DNA of 64,000 nucleotides, taken from Microbacteriaceae bacterium (lineage in GTDB: Bacteria > Actinomycetota > Actinomycetes > Actinomycetales > Microbacteriaceae). Of the stretch, positions 38,036 to 46,633 are shown one piece after another. The notes beneath the pieces are model-generated. The model made no database searches. It had not been told where the DNA came from and saw only the letters and a list, made by a program, of their open reading frames with translations. Position 1 is the stretch's first letter. Every line of letters starts with the position of its first letter. A program made the position numbers and the translations under genes. Location: NCBI GenBank assembly GCA_035555435.1, contig DATMGN010000017.1, positions 10,775-74,774 on the forward strand. The letters run 5' to 3'.

Positions 38036-38169
38036 CGTTCAAGATGCATCGCCGGACTGACCCGGCGTGCCGCCGACACCGCGTACCGAGGTGGTGGTTC
38101 GACCGGTGGTGGTTCGACCGGAATCGCGGCTATAGCTGCCAGGTCTGCATGAAGGGGGCAGAGGGATGA
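38032..38169 (+). CDS. small Arg/Trp-rich protein (45 aa) with in-frame 15-bp tandem duplication
   Basis: ATGA overlaps at both ends. ...RWWFDRWWFD... Confidence 0.35.
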   Translation: MTFKMHRRTDPACRRHRVPRWWFDRWWFDRNRGYSCQVCMKGAEG

Positions 38170-38522
38170 CCCCCGACGAGATGAAGGCGCTGATCGACAG
38201 TGTGGCCCACGATATTGTGGAGCACCGCTGGCCGCACGTCGATGCTGAGGTATTCGAGGAGCTTCGACAGGCGCATCTCGATCTCGCAGAGAAGATCGTC
38301 ACCGAGGTCCTAGCCGCCCTGTCCGCTCACCCCGCCGAGGAGACGGACAGCGCACGACGACTGCTGTGGATCATCGCTGATCGCAACATCGACGGCATCA
38401 CAATCTCAGATGCGGAGCTTGTGGCCGTGCCGCGCTTGCCGGGGATCAGCGTCGAGCGCGACCTCGAACGGGGCGTCACGGTGATTCGCGCGGTCCCTAC
38501 TGACAGGGAGGCCGACGCATGA
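38166..38522 (+). CDS. hypothetical phage protein (118 aa)
   Basis: Track ORF, overlapping junctions. Confidence 0.55.
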   Translation: MTPDEMKALIDSVAHDIVEHRWPHVDAEVFEELRQAHLDLAEKIVTEVLAALSAHPAEETDSARRLLWIIADRNIDGITISDAELVAVPRLPGISVERDLERGVTVIRAVPTDREADA

Positions 38523-39232
38523 TCGCCGACAGCGAGTTTCGCGATAGGAGAGACATGAACACCCTGCTCGACGTCGACGCTGACGTGTCTATCCGTAAAC
38601 TCGTCGCCCCGTGGTCTGACGTGCTGTCCCCGAAGGAAACCGGGACGGGTCGGTATCAGCCGGTCGATTACCCGCCACTGCTGGACATGCTCGATGAGGC
38701 GTGCCGATCAAATATTGGGGGTGTGCCGACTGGGGGTCGCTCGGACCCATCCGCACGGAACCTACTGAACCTCGAGGCGCACATGCTTCGGGAGCATATT
38801 GACGGGACGGTGCGCGCGTGGCTTCGGGAACTGTCGAAAGCGCGTGCCGAGGTCGAGTTGAAGTCTGCTCTGGCGCAGCTCGCCGGAGTGCTGAACGCAC
38901 ACCATGCGGCGGGGACGATGCCGGATAGTGAGTGGGAGCGGATCAGCCGATTCTTCCCGCGGTGGTGTGACCGAATCTGGCAGTTGTTTGACCCGCCCGT
39001 CGTGAAGGAACTTGCGGGTGCGTGCCCTTCCTGCACGGAGACGACGTTCACGGGCCTCGACGGGGCGAAGACAACGGCGCTCATCGCGTACTACTGGAAG
39101 GGCATCCGGCCGGAAGCAAAATGTCAGAGGTGCGGGGAACACTGGAGTGGCGAGCGGGCGTTGCTTGATCTCGGCTACCACCTGGGCGCAACGGTCGACG
39201 AGGACGCACTGCGAGAAATGGGAGTGCTGTGA
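38519..39232 (+). CDS. hypothetical phage protein (237 aa) with C-terminal CxxC...CxxC
   Basis: Track ORF. ...GACPSCTE...KCQRCGEHW. Confidence 0.55.
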   Translation: MIADSEFRDRRDMNTLLDVDADVSIRKLVAPWSDVLSPKETGTGRYQPVDYPPLLDMLDEACRSNIGGVPTGGRSDPSARNLLNLEAHMLREHIDGTVRAWLRELSKARAEVELKSALAQLAGVLNAHHAAGTMPDSEWERISRFFPRWCDRIWQLFDPPVVKELAGACPSCTETTFTGLDGAKTTALIAYYWKGIRPEAKCQRCGEHWSGERALLDLGYHLGATVDEDALREMGVL

Positions 39233-39861
39233 GACTGCAAAAGGTCAGGATGAGAACCACGAACGGGGAGTCCGAGATGCGGTTCTACTGCCGGTTGTGC
39301 CGCAGTCACATCTCACGTCCGTCCGCCTATGAGATCGATCATCGCAATCCCGGGATATGCGATCTCTGCTCAGAGCTTGTACTGAGTTTGATGCGCGACC
39401 ACGGCTCAAAGTGGGCGACGCTGGACAAGCGGGAGTTTGAACAACGACTTGGCGAGGACGAGCGCGAGAGGAAACACCGGAAGAGTGTTGAGCGCCTTGC
39501 GCGCGGGAGTACCGACCCTGGCTGGGTCTACTACGTCGAGCAGGGCGACCTCATCAAGATCGGGTACTCCGCGAACCCGCTCGGCCGGATGAAGTCCTAT
39601 GGCCCGACCGCCCATCTGATGGCGGTTCACCCAGGGACGCTCGCTCTCGAGAAAGAGATCCATGCGCAGTTCCGCCGCTACCTCGCTCGCGGCAGGGAGT
39701 GGTTCTCTCGGCATGAAGTGGTCCTTGCCCATGTTGCAAGCGTCCGAGAGCGATTCGGCGACCCGTCCGTCTTCGCCTACGCCTACACGATTCCGCCAGA
39801 GAAACGTGGCTCCGGCGTGTCGCAGCGAAAAACATCAGCGCGCTTCCAACTCGTCAGGTAG
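39229..39861 (+). CDS. T5orf172 / GIY-YIG-like domain protein with N-terminal zinc ribbon
   Basis: FYCRLCRSH...CDLC, then WVYYVEQGDLIKIGYSANPLGRMKSY...EKEIHAQF...GREWF. Confidence 0.65.
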   Translation: MRLQKVRMRTTNGESEMRFYCRLCRSHISRPSAYEIDHRNPGICDLCSELVLSLMRDHGSKWATLDKREFEQRLGEDERERKHRKSVERLARGSTDPGWVYYVEQGDLIKIGYSANPLGRMKSYGPTAHLMAVHPGTLALEKEIHAQFRRYLARGREWFSRHEVVLAHVASVRERFGDPSVFAYAYTIPPEKRGSGVSQRKTSARFQLVR

Positions 39862-39899
39862 ACTCGCGAGTACGCGCCATTAGTGCGCTCTGAATCGGG

Positions 39900-39926
39900 A
39901 AGCCTCGCCTCGAGCGGGGCTTTCGT
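39900..39926 (+). terminator. stem-loop plus T-rich tail ending the early operon
   Basis: AAGCCTCGC-ctcga-GCGGGGCTT followed by TCGTCATT. Lies in a 215-bp non-coding gap. Confidence 0.5.
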
Positions 39927-40076
39927 CATTCCCACGGCCGATCGCACGACGACGGCTCTTTTCGCCGTTGCGGCCCTGATCTTCCCGACTCCCGAGACAC
40001 ACTCACACCGCCCTGAGCGGTCATGCTCGCGAGATTGTCGGGATCACCCCTCACCCGCTCGCACGGGAGGTACAGC

Positions 40077-40304
40077 ATGTCCAAACTTGCGGAGCGTATC
40101 GCTCAGGCTCAACCGAAACCGCGTCTACGGTTGGATGATTGGTTCGCCGGCCTCGATGCTGAGGACCGTGCAGCCGTGCAGAACGTGGCACTCGACCCGG
40201 CATGGACGAACGTCATGCTGGTCTCATTCCTCGCAGGTGAGGGATTGGAGATCGGCAAGGACGCGGTGGCGGCGTGGAGGGCTCGCCTTGGGTTCCGTCG
40301 CTGA
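40077..40304 (+). CDS. hypothetical small protein (75 aa), possible HTH / small-terminase-like
   Basis: ATG 40077 after GGGAGG. MSKLAERIAQAQPKPRLRLDDWFAGLDAEDRAAVQNVALDP... Confidence 0.5.
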   Translation: MSKLAERIAQAQPKPRLRLDDWFAGLDAEDRAAVQNVALDPAWTNVMLVSFLAGEGLEIGKDAVAAWRARLGFRR

Positions 40305-41118
40305 GCGGATCGCCGCTCTGACGCCTGCTGCTGCGAACGTCAAGATCCTCACGATCGACGTTGAACGCCAGCGGGGTAAGTGGGAGATCGAAGGTTGGGA
40401 ACCAACCTATAAGCGGGCTTGGTTCCCGATGGAGACGATGGTGCGCCGGCCGCGGATCATGTGTTTCGCGGCGAAGTGGTACGGCTCCGATGATGTGATC
40501 TACGCGGATGAGCGTGGCTCGAACGGGCGCGGTACGGGTGGTGCACGACGCATGGTGCAGACCATGTGGGATCTATTGGATGCCGCCGACGTCGCGGTGA
40601 CGTTCAATGGCGACAGGGCTGATATCCCGTGGATGAACGAAGAGTTCAAGTACGCGGGACTACCGAAGCCGATGCCGTTCAAGTCAATCGACCTGTATAA
40701 GCAATCGAAACGGGTACGCGACCTGCCGTACAAGTCGCTGCGGTATCTCGCACGCGAGTTCGGATCACAGCAGAAACTCGAACACGACGGCCCCGACCTG
40801 TGGAAACTGTGCCTCGACGGCGACCCGGACGGGTGGACGTTGATGGAGGCGTACAACCGTCAGGATGTCATCGCGACCGAATCGCTTTGGCTCGACGAAC
40901 TCCCCTGGTTGGACGGCGCAACCCACATGGGCATCCTCATCGGCGACGACAATGCGCGCCGATGCCCGAACTGTGGCGGCTCGAACTTGACACGCCACCA
41001 CAAGCCAGCTCGAGCTCATGTGCGCGAGTACGAATCGTTCCGCTGTGACGACTGCGGCACCCCTGTCCGGTCGAACATTCTCGTCGGCAAACCGCAATAC
41101 ACGCGGCCGATCCGTTGA
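40288..41118 (+). CDS. RNase H-fold 3'-5' exonuclease (DnaQ/PolB-exo-like) with C-terminal zinc ribbon
   Basis: TTG 40288 after GGAGGG. ILTIDVERQ (ExoI-like), VTFNGDRADIPW, AYNRQDV. CPNCGG...CDDCG. Confidence 0.65.
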   Translation: MGSVAERIAALTPAAANVKILTIDVERQRGKWEIEGWEPTYKRAWFPMETMVRRPRIMCFAAKWYGSDDVIYADERGSNGRGTGGARRMVQTMWDLLDAADVAVTFNGDRADIPWMNEEFKYAGLPKPMPFKSIDLYKQSKRVRDLPYKSLRYLAREFGSQQKLEHDGPDLWKLCLDGDPDGWTLMEAYNRQDVIATESLWLDELPWLDGATHMGILIGDDNARRCPNCGGSNLTRHHKPARAHVREYESFRCDDCGTPVRSNILVGKPQYTRPIR

Positions 41119-41204
41119 CCGCTTTCCCACGCATTACCGCGTGATCCGCACCTAACGCTTGCAATCCCAATCAAGGGAGGCAGTGATGTGTCCTGACTGC
41201 GAGC

Positions 41205-41465
41205 ATGACCCCTGCCGTTGCCGAGTCCCGGAGACGGATTGTGTCTGACACGCCCGACTGGGTTCCTGACCCGCGTCCCGTACCTGCCGAACTCGAGCCC
41301 AACTACCGCGCCGTGCCGCCCGACCACACGATCAACCCCGCCGACCTCGACGAAGACCAGCATCCGACCTCCGCATGGTTGACCATCGGCGACGTTGTTG
41401 ACACCGACACGTGGAAACGGCTCCGGGCGATGCTGCTGGACGAGATTAACCAAGACCGCGCATGA
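41205..41465 (+). CDS. hypothetical phage protein (86 aa)
   Basis: Track ORF. ATGA overlap with the next gene. Confidence 0.45.
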   Translation: MTPAVAESRRRIVSDTPDWVPDPRPVPAELEPNYRAVPPDHTINPADLDEDQHPTSAWLTIGDVVDTDTWKRLRAMLLDEINQDRA

Positions 41466-41947
41466 TCCCCGTCGTCATCGGCTCACACCCTGACTCACCG
41501 TGGATCAAAGACTGGTCACCCCGCAAGATCGGCAATCGCCCCGTCTATGTGCATCGCAACGGTGGATACGAACTCGCGGCCCTAAGAGCCGCCCCCTATA
41601 GCCGGTTCCTGTTCCTGCAGGACTCCTGCGAAGTCCTGCACCCGTCATTCTGGGATGTCATCGACCACCTCGACGGCCCCTCGTGGCTATTCGGCTTACC
41701 CGGCATGTATCTCGGCGTGTACGACCACGCCGACCTCGCACCCATCCTGAACGAAGCGCCCGACCCGGTCGACAAAGCCATGTCGATCCAATGGGAGGGA
41801 CGCATCCGAGAGCGGCTCCCATATCCGACGCTCTGGCCCGACGTCGTCGACGCATCCGGCCGGTACGAGGAACGTCACGGGCGCATGAACCTCGTATTAG
41901 AGAACGACCTCCTACGCAAGTGGAAAGGCAACTGGGGTCAAGGATGA
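41462..41947 (+). CDS. hypothetical protein (161 aa), weak GT-A-like features
   Basis: MIPVVIGSH... and ...FLFLQDSCEV... Translationally coupled to the cytidylyltransferase. Confidence 0.5.
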   Translation: MIPVVIGSHPDSPWIKDWSPRKIGNRPVYVHRNGGYELAALRAAPYSRFLFLQDSCEVLHPSFWDVIDHLDGPSWLFGLPGMYLGVYDHADLAPILNEAPDPVDKAMSIQWEGRIRERLPYPTLWPDVVDASGRYEERHGRMNLVLENDLLRKWKGNWGQG

Positions 41948-42360
41948 GACACGCCATCACGCTCGGCACGTTCGATCCGCTCCACGCCGGCCACCTCGGC
42001 CTATTCAGCCAATGTCGCCGACTCGCAGACACACTCACGGTCGCCGTCAACTCAGACGACTTCGTGACGACGTACCGGGGCAAACCGCCTCTCATGCCCG
42101 AGTTTCACCGCATGGCTGTCATCGACGGCCTGCAGATGGTCAACTACGTCATTCTGAACCGGGGCGGCGCACTGCAACGTGACGTCATCCTCGACTCAGG
42201 TGCGGACCTCATCGTCATCGGAGACGATTGGGCGGCGAAGGACTACTACGGGCAGCTCGGCATCACGCAAGGGTGGCTGGACGCCAACGGCATCCAACTC
42301 GTGTACGTGCCCCGCACCGGCGAATGGTCATCCACCGCCATTAAGACGCGAGCTACTTGA
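41944..42360 (+). CDS. cytidylyltransferase-family nucleotidyltransferase (TagD-like)
   Basis: MRHAITLGTFDPLHAGHLGLF (HxGH motif)...VIGDDW...STAIK. Confidence 0.75.
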   Translation: MRHAITLGTFDPLHAGHLGLFSQCRRLADTLTVAVNSDDFVTTYRGKPPLMPEFHRMAVIDGLQMVNYVILNRGGALQRDVILDSGADLIVIGDDWAAKDYYGQLGITQGWLDANGIQLVYVPRTGEWSSTAIKTRAT

Positions 42361-42658
42361 TCCCGACAGCCCGCCGAGCATTCACGACCCGCACCTGAGA
42401 CGGAATCGTGAACACGTCGATGATCCATCCGATCGCGAAGACCCCCGCAGTCAACAGGTAGAGAATCCCCGTACCGACCTTCCCCAGGTAGAAACGGTGC
42501 CCACCGAACAAGCCGAGCAAAGCCCAGAACAGGTACGCGATACCCGTCGACTTCGGTGGCAACGGCGGACCATGCTGCGGCGCAGGAGCGGATACGTTCA
42601 CAACGATGTGCGGTGCGTCCTGAGCAACCACAGGCGGCGTAACAGAAGCGTCAGTCAT
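42353..42658 (-). CDS. TM2 domain-containing membrane protein, reverse-oriented moron
   Basis: 101 aa. ...YLFWALLGLFGGHRFYLGKVGTGILYLLTAGVFAIGWIIDVF... Confidence 0.75.
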   Translation of the reverse strand: MTDASVTPPVVAQDAPHIVVNVSAPAPQHGPPLPPKSTGIAYLFWALLGLFGGHRFYLGKVGTGILYLLTAGVFAIGWIIDVFTIPSQVRVVNARRAVGIK

Positions 42659-42716
42659 GCCCAGACCCTAGCGGCTGCCCCCACCCCGCGATAGACCGCA
42701 ATAGGGGGGAGACGAC

Positions 42717-42974
42717 ATGGCACACCCCAAATACACCGGCGCCTACCTAGCTATCCGCCGAGCCTGGTCCGCCGTCGTCGCACGCGGAGACGCAACCTGC
42801 CACGAGCCCATCTGCCTCATGCCCAATAGGGCGATAGCCCCAGGGTCACGTTGGCACCTGAGCCACGACACCACAGGCACACGCATCCTCGGCCCATCAC
42901 ACGCCCGATGCAACACCAGCGAAGGCGCAACACGAGGCAACGCCGACCGAGCTTCACGGTTCCTCAAGCTCTGA
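42717..42974 (+). CDS. HNH endonuclease (terminase-associated)
   Basis: 85 aa. CHEPICLMP...WHLSHD...HARCN. Immediately upstream of the large terminase. Confidence 0.7.
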   Translation: MAHPKYTGAYLAIRRAWSAVVARGDATCHEPICLMPNRAIAPGSRWHLSHDTTGTRILGPSHARCNTSEGATRGNADRASRFLKL

Positions 42975-43064
42975 CAACTCGCCAGATTCTTTTCATTTGC
43001 ATAGACCTGACGACCCCGCCATCTTCTTTTTGTGTGTGAGAGGTGATTTCTCATCGCCGACACG

Positions 43065-44558
43065 TTGAACCTGCGCGAAGTGCTCGAATCTCGCGGGGAC
43101 CCGATGGATGCGATGCGGTCTGAGTGGCTGGCTGATCTGCGGGCGGTGCCGGAGGATTCCGCGCCGCCGTTGGCGATGTCGGGGACACATGCAGATGCGG
43201 TCGGCTCGTATGGCTGGGACTGTCTCGGATGGCTTAAGTCGCAGGGTTTGATGCGGAAGCCGCGGTGGTGGCAGGCGCTGGCGATTGTGCGTCAGTACGA
43301 GCATGATGCGGATGGCCGGCTGGTGTGGCGGGAGATCATCGAGTCTGGTCCGCGCCGGATTGGGAAGTCGACGCGGCTTCGGGGGTCGGCGTTATGGCGT
43401 GTCGCGCACCCGGACGTGTTCGGTGAGGATCAGCTCGCGATGTTGGTGAGTAAGGATCTGGCGATTGGTCGTGAGATTCATTCGCGGTCGTGGCCGTGGG
43501 CGACGGGGCGTGGATGGAATGTCGTTCGGAACCTGACTCAGACTGAGGTTGGTACGGATACGGGCAGGTGGCTGCTGCGGTCGCATGATGCGGTGTACGG
43601 CTATGACGTCGGCTATGGGCAGGTCGATGAGTCGTGGGATGTGAAGCCGGCGGCGATTGAGGATGGTCTCGAGCCGGCGATGCTTGAGCGGGAGAGTCCG
43701 CAACTGCATTTGACGTCGACGGCCCATGTGAGGGCATCTTCGTTGATGCGTGGTCGGATCACGGATGCGATCCTCGGCTTGCATGATGACACTCTCCTGC
43801 TGTTCTGGGGTGCGACCCCGGATGCGGATTTTGATGATCCTGCGGTGCGTCGGTCAGCGTCCCCGCATTGGTCGAAAGACCGTGAGGCGTTGGTCGAGCG
43901 CACCTATATTGCCGCGAAGTCTGGGGTTAGTGAGTTCGATGATCCTGATCCGGTGCGCGGTTGGGCGGCGCAATACCTGAACGTGTGGCCGATGCTGTTC
44001 GGTGATTCGGCGTCGAAGGTTCTTCCGAAGTGGGGTGACATTGCGGCTCCGGTGCGCGTGGGTCGTCCCAGTGGGCTGGGGGTGGCGACGGACCCGGATG
44101 GCACTTGGCTGTCGTTCGGTGCTGCGGTGGAGGGCGAGCCGCTACATCTCGGCCTGCTGACTCGCCTTCCGGTGTCGCAGCGGCCGACGTTCATTGCGGA
44201 GGTTGCGCGCGTCTCGCACGAGTACGACTGCCCGGTGGTCATCGACAAGGGCGGCCCGGCGTCGTTCCTGATCTCAGACTTTGAGCGGGTTGGGATTCGC
44301 CTTGAGCTGATCGGCACCGATCGGTACGTCCAGTCGGTCGCGGACCTCGTGCAAGCGGTCGACGCTGACGAGGTCGAGCACGGCGGATACCCGGATTTGG
44401 ATGCTGCGACGGTCGCGGCTGACTGGCGTTTGATTGGTGATCGGCGAGTGTTCGCTCGTCGCTCAGGTGACATTTCAGCCCTGGAGGCCGTCGCGCTCGC
44501 CCACCACGGTGCATTATCCGCCCCTGCGGTTCGCGACTGGATGAGCACATTCGGATGA
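43065..44558 (+). CDS. terminase large subunit
   Basis: 497 aa. Walker-A-like SGPRRIGKST, ...GQVDESWD (Walker B-like), C-terminal nuclease-like part. In-frame ATG 43104 is an alternative start. Confidence 0.8.
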   Translation: MNLREVLESRGDPMDAMRSEWLADLRAVPEDSAPPLAMSGTHADAVGSYGWDCLGWLKSQGLMRKPRWWQALAIVRQYEHDADGRLVWREIIESGPRRIGKSTRLRGSALWRVAHPDVFGEDQLAMLVSKDLAIGREIHSRSWPWATGRGWNVVRNLTQTEVGTDTGRWLLRSHDAVYGYDVGYGQVDESWDVKPAAIEDGLEPAMLERESPQLHLTSTAHVRASSLMRGRITDAILGLHDDTLLLFWGATPDADFDDPAVRRSASPHWSKDREALVERTYIAAKSGVSEFDDPDPVRGWAAQYLNVWPMLFGDSASKVLPKWGDIAAPVRVGRPSGLGVATDPDGTWLSFGAAVEGEPLHLGLLTRLPVSQRPTFIAEVARVSHEYDCPVVIDKGGPASFLISDFERVGIRLELIGTDRYVQSVADLVQAVDADEVEHGGYPDLDAATVAADWRLIGDRRVFARRSGDISALEAVALAHHGALSAPAVRDWMSTFG

Positions 44559-44566
44559 GGAGTGTC

Positions 44567-44710
44567 ATGCCTACGATCCTGCTCGAGCTCGTCGCTGTGC
44601 TCGCCCTTGTGGCGTTCGCTGTCGTTACGTGGTGGCCCGCCGCTCTTCTTGTCGTCGCGCTCAGCGCCGGTTTCGTTGCTTGGAATCTGAATCGGGAGGG
44701 TCGTCGATGA
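44567..44710 (+). CDS. small membrane protein (47 aa)
   Basis: MPTILLELVAVLALVAFAVVTWWPAALLVVALSAGFVAWNLNREGRR. ATGA overlap with portal. Confidence 0.4.
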   Translation: MPTILLELVAVLALVAFAVVTWWPAALLVVALSAGFVAWNLNREGRR

Positions 44711-45834
44711 GCCTCTTCTTCCGATCTGAGCGACGGTCGTATACCGGGGGGTGGTCCGCGACCGGCGGCGGCCAAGCCGTGAGTGAGGAGCGCGCGACGC
44801 ATCTCGTCCCGGTGCTCGCGTCGATCCGGCACATCGTTGATTTCGTCTCAACACTTCCCGTGGATTTCTACCGCAAGTCTGACAACGCTCGCGTGCCCGC
44901 CTCAGTTCCAGCCCTGATCCGCAACGTGGAGGACACGGTGGGGCTCGACACGTGGTTCGGGCAGATCGCGTATGGGCTGGTGACTCGCGGAAACGCGGTC
45001 GGGCATGTGTCGGCGATGGGCCAGTCGGGTCCGTTGATGATCGAGTGGGCGGATCAGTGGTCATCGTTCGGTAATGGGGATGATGATCCGTGGTTCATCA
45101 AGGGTCGGCAGTTCGGGCCGAGGTCGGTGCAGCAGGTTCGGTGGATTGTCCCGCCTGGTAAGCGGCTTGGTCTGTCTCCGATTGAGCATTATGCGTCGAT
45201 GGTCCGGGCGGGTCTCGCGGCGCAGGAGTACGCGAACATTGGCCGCGGCGGTGGCCTACCGTTGGCGGAGATCACGAACACGGCGTTGTCGGAGATGCCA
45301 GCCGAACTGATCACTGCGGTGCAGACGAAAGCTGCGGCATCGTTCGCGTCGGGACAGCCGTTTGTGCACGGTAAGGATTGGAAGCTCTCAGCGGTCGATA
45401 TTCCGCCGAATCAGCTGCAGTTCCTGGAGACGCTCAAACTGTCCGCGAACGCTATCGCGTCGATCTATGGCATTGACCCTCGCGAGATCGGCGGGTCAGC
45501 CTCGGAGTCGTTGACGTACACGAATGACGAGTCTCGGCCACTGACTCGCGCGCACAATCTGCGGCCCTATCTGGTGCGGATTGAGAACGCTGTGAACCGG
45601 TGGATATCGGGCCCGGTCTACATGAAGTTCAACATCGACGCGACGATTCGGGCGGACACGAAGACCCGTACCGAAGTGGTGGGAGCGAAGATCGCTGACG
45701 GCCGCATGTCGGTCAATGAGGCGCGCGCCCTCGAGGATCTCGAGCCGGTCGCCGGCGGTGACTTCCATAACGTCCCATCCCCAAAGTCCGACATTCAGAA
45801 CGGAACCCCTAACACGACCGGGAGCAAGCCATGA
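44707..45834 (+). CDS. portal protein (HK97 family)
   Basis: 375 aa. Position between terminase and protease. ...QLQFLETLKLSANAIASIYGIDPREIG... Confidence 0.8.
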   Translation: MSLFFRSERRSYTGGWSATGGGQAVSEERATHLVPVLASIRHIVDFVSTLPVDFYRKSDNARVPASVPALIRNVEDTVGLDTWFGQIAYGLVTRGNAVGHVSAMGQSGPLMIEWADQWSSFGNGDDDPWFIKGRQFGPRSVQQVRWIVPPGKRLGLSPIEHYASMVRAGLAAQEYANIGRGGGLPLAEITNTALSEMPAELITAVQTKAAASFASGQPFVHGKDWKLSAVDIPPNQLQFLETLKLSANAIASIYGIDPREIGGSASESLTYTNDESRPLTRAHNLRPYLVRIENAVNRWISGPVYMKFNIDATIRADTKTRTEVVGAKIADGRMSVNEARALEDLEPVAGGDFHNVPSPKSDIQNGTPNTTGSKP

Positions 45835-46505
45835 CCGAAACCGAGCGTCGCCTCACCGTCGCGACCGTGGAGGTGCGCGCCGAGCAGACGCGCACTATCG
45901 GCGGCTACGCGGCGAAGTTCAACACCTTCTCGCAGAACCTTGGCGGGTTCATCGAGCGGATCGCCACGAGCTTCTTCAACAAGTCTCGTGGTGACGGGTG
46001 GCCGGGCGTGCTCGCCCGCTACAACCATGACGACAACATGCTGCTCGGCACGACTGCCGCGGACACGCTGCGGCTCGCGATCGACGACATCGGCCTGTCG
46101 TACGAGGTGGACGCGCCGGCAGCTCGCGCCGACGTGTTCGAGCTCGTGCAGCGCGGCGACGTCGCGAAGTCGTCGTTCGCGTTCAACGTGTTCGAGGACG
46201 ACTGGAGCGTGAACGAGTCCGGGTTCCCGATCCGCACCCTCATCTCGGGACGCCTCTACGACGTCGCCCCGGTGAACACCCCCGCATACGACGACACGTC
46301 GGTCGGGATCCGAGCGCTCGACTCGCTGGCTCGCAAGTTCGACTGCGACCTCGCCGAGATCCGCAACCTCGCCGCCGACCAGCGCCTCGGCGACCTGTTC
46401 GCGCCGCCCGCGATCGTTGTCGACTTGGCCCCTGCGCCAGTCGTCGCCGATAGCACTGAGCGATCGGCGCGCGCTGCACTCGCGAAGGCGCTCTCCCTCA
46501 CCTAG
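45831..46505 (+). CDS. prohead maturation protease (HK97/S78 family)
   Basis: ...IGGYAAKFNTFSQNLGGFIERI...ARYNHDDNMLLG...GDVAKSSFAF... Confidence 0.85.
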   Translation: MTETERRLTVATVEVRAEQTRTIGGYAAKFNTFSQNLGGFIERIATSFFNKSRGDGWPGVLARYNHDDNMLLGTTAADTLRLAIDDIGLSYEVDAPAARADVFELVQRGDVAKSSFAFNVFEDDWSVNESGFPIRTLISGRLYDVAPVNTPAYDDTSVGIRALDSLARKFDCDLAEIRNLAADQRLGDLFAPPAIVVDLAPAPVVADSTERSARAALAKALSLT

Positions 46506-46633
46506 TTCATACCTCCGAGCCGTATCGGGCAGCGACCACGCACCCGACCGGCCCGGCGCACCGAAACACCATCCGGCAGGGTCACCCCCACCGGGCATCG
46601 AAGCACTCAATCGATTCCCGGAAAGGGGAAACC

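Noticed and set aside
39883-41118. Single 411-aa ORF
   Set aside because: Its first 135 codons cross the terminator-containing gap and read out of frame through the 75-aa gene. Exonuclease homology begins near TTG 40288, which has a GGAGGG RBS.
41186-41250. Tiny Cys-rich ORF (MCPDCEHDPCRCRVPETDCV)
   Set aside because: Only 20 codons, with no support beyond a nearby GGGAGG. It cannot be distinguished from chance.
43904-45064. 386-aa minus ORF inside the prophage, plus similar ones at 43336-43784, 53305-54246 and 53897-54637
   Set aside because: Antisense to terminase/portal and the tail genes. Pro/Arg/Thr-rich, with no RBS.
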